From the NCBI GenBank assembly GCA_963693365.1, contig CAVNZM010000005.1:10086334-10150333 (forward strand): a stretch of 64,000 nt of DNA. The letters are read 5' to 3'. Made by a program: the position numbers and the translations under genes. The notes below the pieces were generated by a model that saw only the letters and a list, made by a program, of their open reading frames with translations, was not told the DNA's origin and did not search any database. This stretch comes from Amoebidium appalachense (taxonomy: Eukaryota; Protista; Ichthyosporea). Below are positions 60,830 to 64,000 of this stretch, piece by piece. Each line of letters starts with the position of its first letter. Position 1 is the stretch's first letter.

Positions 60830-61542
60830 CTACCCCGAGCAGAACAGGTAATACACCGGGTTACTCCTACACTCACCGCCCGCATTGTTCGGCCCAGCGT
60901 CGGCAAACTTACAGAAACCTTGCGGACACCCATTCACCACACACCACATCATAGTATCCGTTGCGCAACTATCATTTGCTCGACAAACCTGGTTTCCTGA
61001 AGAAGGGGAAGGGGTGGGTGTTCGTGGGAGTGGCTGTAGAGCGGGAGCCGGAGCGGGGGCAGGGGTAACCGGCCGTGGTGTCACGGGGAGGTTTTTTTTA
61101 TGATCCCGTTTTGTTCCCGGAGGGAATATTTGGGCCCCTCAGGGGGAACTACCGTCTTCCACCCAGCACCTACAGTACTCTAGCTAGGGTGCTACGGTAT
61201 TATTGGCTAAGCTAATAAAACCGTAGCACCCTAGTGTCACGGGGAGGGACGGGGGCAGGGGCGGAGGCAGGGGCAGGAGAAAACGGTTTGTGGAGAGGGG
61301 GCGGGGGCGGGGGGACGGACAGAGGGAGGGAAAGGGGAGGGTGGGGGGTAGGGTGGAGAAGAAGGCGACAGGGATGGCCAGGGGGCGGACGGGTTTTGGG
61401 CTGAGCGGGGTGAGGTCGGATTGTTGGACCTGCGACACTTTGGATCCTGCGATGGGTGGTTTCAAGCGTGTTAGGATAGGGCAGCTTTGCAAGGTGAAGT
61501 GGGAAGGGGGGGAGGGGGGGGATGGGGAGGGCGGGGGGAGGG

Positions 61543-61573
<31 letters not shown>

Positions 61574-61619
61574 ATGGATGCACATGATGTTTAAGGAGAT
61601 GTGTTTGTGTGCGTGTACA

Positions 61620-61700
<81 letters not shown>

Positions 61701-61749
61701 CGTGTGTGTTCGTGTGTGTTCGTGTGTGTGTGTGTGTGTATGTGTACGC

Positions 61750-61782
<33 letters not shown>

Positions 61783-62965
61783 ATAATGTCCTTAATGCAC
61801 ATTCAATAAGCATGTGATGAGTGTACTTGGCAAATCTTTCTGATCTCGTCACGATGTATGTTCCTGCCTATTTTTATCCATATTTACACCACTAATAATC
61901 CCAATTTATAATATCCAAATACCTTTACAAACATATCATCTTCATCCCCAGCTTAATATCCAAATACGTGGCATAATATCATAATAACCTTTTTCCTCTT
62001 TGGATGTTTTCTCACTCGATCCTGTATAGATCACTTCTTCTCCTTTGAGTAAGCTCAATATTGTATCATAAAAAATAAAAAATCCATCCCAGTTTTCCAG
62101 CAAATATACCAACACACCTAAAAAGGCCTCATATCCCCCCCCCCCCCCCCCCCCCCCCCCTCACCCCCTTCCCCCCCCTCCCCCCCCCCCCCCTTCAGCC
62201 TTATCCTCCCCTTCCTCCTTCCCTCCCCCTTTCCTTCCCCCCTCTCCCTCATTTTTTTTAATGAAAAAAAACCCTTTAAATGAACAAAGAAAAAGGAAAA
62301 GTACACAGACGATCACTGTGACCTTATAAAGCAATCCCACACTCGTGATTCCCCACCCACCAATCAGATATTGCCGTGATGCTGGTGTACACGTTGGGTG
62401 ACCCCCCCTCGGCACACCCATGCCCCCAACTTACGACCCCCACCTGCACGCCTTCGGGCAGTGCAAACACGGGCCTACCACTGTCTCCCTGTACGTGAAA
62501 TTTGGAATACTTAGAACATTTAGGTTGATGGCGGGGTAACCAGGAGCAAGCTTGACAGCTCCTTCCCTTCATTCTTCCAGTCTTATTTAAATCTATGGGG
62601 AAGGGGGGGATTTGTTTTTTTTTTTTTTTTTTTTTTTTTTTGGGGGGGGGGGGGGGGGGGGAGGGAGGGGGGGGAAGGGGGGAGGGGGGGAGGGGGGAAG
62701 GGAGGGGTAAAAATATGGTCTTTATGACATCCATAACTCTGTTTGTGCCTGTGACGGTGTGTGGCCATGGGTGGGTGGGTTGCTTCCTGAAGGTAAAAGG
62801 GAAGAGGGGGGGGGGGGGGGGGGGGGGGGAGGAGGGGAATTGACGACAGCGAAGTTGCATGGAAAGCCTCCCCCCTTCCCCTCTTCCCCTGCTCCTCCCC
62901 GTCCCTTTCTCCCTCCTACCCATCCCCCTCCCCTCCCCCCTCCTTCCTCCCCCTCCTTCCCCCAT

Positions 62966-63009
<44 letters not shown>

Positions 63010-63051
63010 AAAAAAAAAAAAAAAAGGCAGCTCCGGATCCCGGCACACATG

Positions 63052-63086
<35 letters not shown>

Positions 63087-63501
63087 ACTTCCCCAAAAGA
63101 GCCAAGAATTGGTCTTTAATGCATTGCACCCCAACTGACTCGTTGAAGAATATGTTTATATGGCCGCCATGCGAGATAGGAAATGGTGGACAGAGGCTGA
63201 AAAAAGAGAAAGAGGTTTACGGACGGGCCAGCGGGAGTGTAATGCTTGGTTTTGGGCTTCCCGAAGGGGGGGGGGAGGGAGGGGGGGGGGGGAGGGGGGG
63301 GGGGGGAGCGACCGGTGGGGGGGAGGGAGGGGGGGGGGGGGGGGGAGGATAATACACATTTACATTGAAGTGCAATGATTCGTGAGGAATGATATGGTTG
63401 AATTTCCAAACGTCAGCACTTACATAATTATACACGGCAGGCAGATACCGGTACCGCAACGACGCACACACCGACATGCGCACAAACACACACGGGCCGT
63501 C

Positions 63502-63550
<49 letters not shown>

Positions 63551-63857
63551 CGGGACACACACACACACACACGCACACAACGCGCGCGCGCACACACACA
63601 CACACACACTGTGACACACACAGTATCACACAAGACACACTACAACCACATGGGCGCGCACACACGCACACCTTGACACACACTCACCGTACGTACACAC
63701 ACAGCCGCACAAGTGCGCACACACCGTTAACACACACATACATTGCGCGCGCACACACACAGATGCACACACACACATTGCTCATACACGCCAGGCCTAC
63801 GGCAACGTGTAGTACTGTGAACAACATGCCGGGTACCAACCCCATCAGGTTCTGGGC

Positions 63858-63860
<3 letters not shown>
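60830..63860 (-). CDS. Trypsin-family (S1A) serine protease, 3' part, with Pro-rich linker and Cys-rich C-terminal module; last exon interrupted by family B
   Basis: SCQ|GDSGRP...QVGVVSWGHGCA..PNVYTSIT...W at ~62357-62580. It continues IQSVAGP plus a Pro-rich linker (61446 downward) and CRANDSC..WCVVNGCPQGFC at 60830-61000. The catalytic His and Asp exons are not resolved and the 5' end is probably beyond the window. Confidence 0.78.
61092..61233 (-). mobile_element. Repeat family B retro-insertion
   Basis: T8 at 61092 (poly(A) on the minus strand), 14-bp direct repeats GTGTCACGGGGAGG at 61078-61091 and 61234-61247, and homology to 22731-22850. Confidence 0.88.
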
Positions 63861-63913
<53 letters not shown>

Positions 63914-64000
63914 GGGAGGGGGGGGGGGGGGGGGAGAGGGAGGGAAAGAGCAGAGATTCGGAATTATTATGGCAAACACGCAGTCCCGACATGTGCACAG

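Overview
Eukaryotic, intron-rich DNA in which short GT-AG exons sit among (CA)n, (GA)n and very long poly(C)/poly(G) tracts. Almost all ORFs in the six-frame track are microsatellite read-throughs. Splicing exons by hand gives seven genes: an RSPRY1-like gene (5' part, minus), EMC3 (minus), a GTPBP8/EngB GTPase (plus), a secreted multidomain astacin metalloprotease (plus), an SH2-protein tyrosine phosphatase (minus), an F-box/LRR protein (minus) and a trypsin-family protease (3' part, minus). This gene content suggests a holozoan, possibly unicellular (inference only). Most notable: (1) a ~313-bp hairpin-rich repeat family, found only in introns, always in host-sense orientation and embedded in poly(C), whose older copies appear to decay into long poly(C); (2) repeated 'echo' duplications of exon boundaries, one with mostly synonymous divergence; (3) a poly(A)-tailed retro-insertion with target-site duplications that interrupts the last exon of the protease. 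Several homopolymer frameshifts point to long-read consensus errors, so single-base oddities are treated cautiously. Protein identifications rest on recalled motifs, not database searches.
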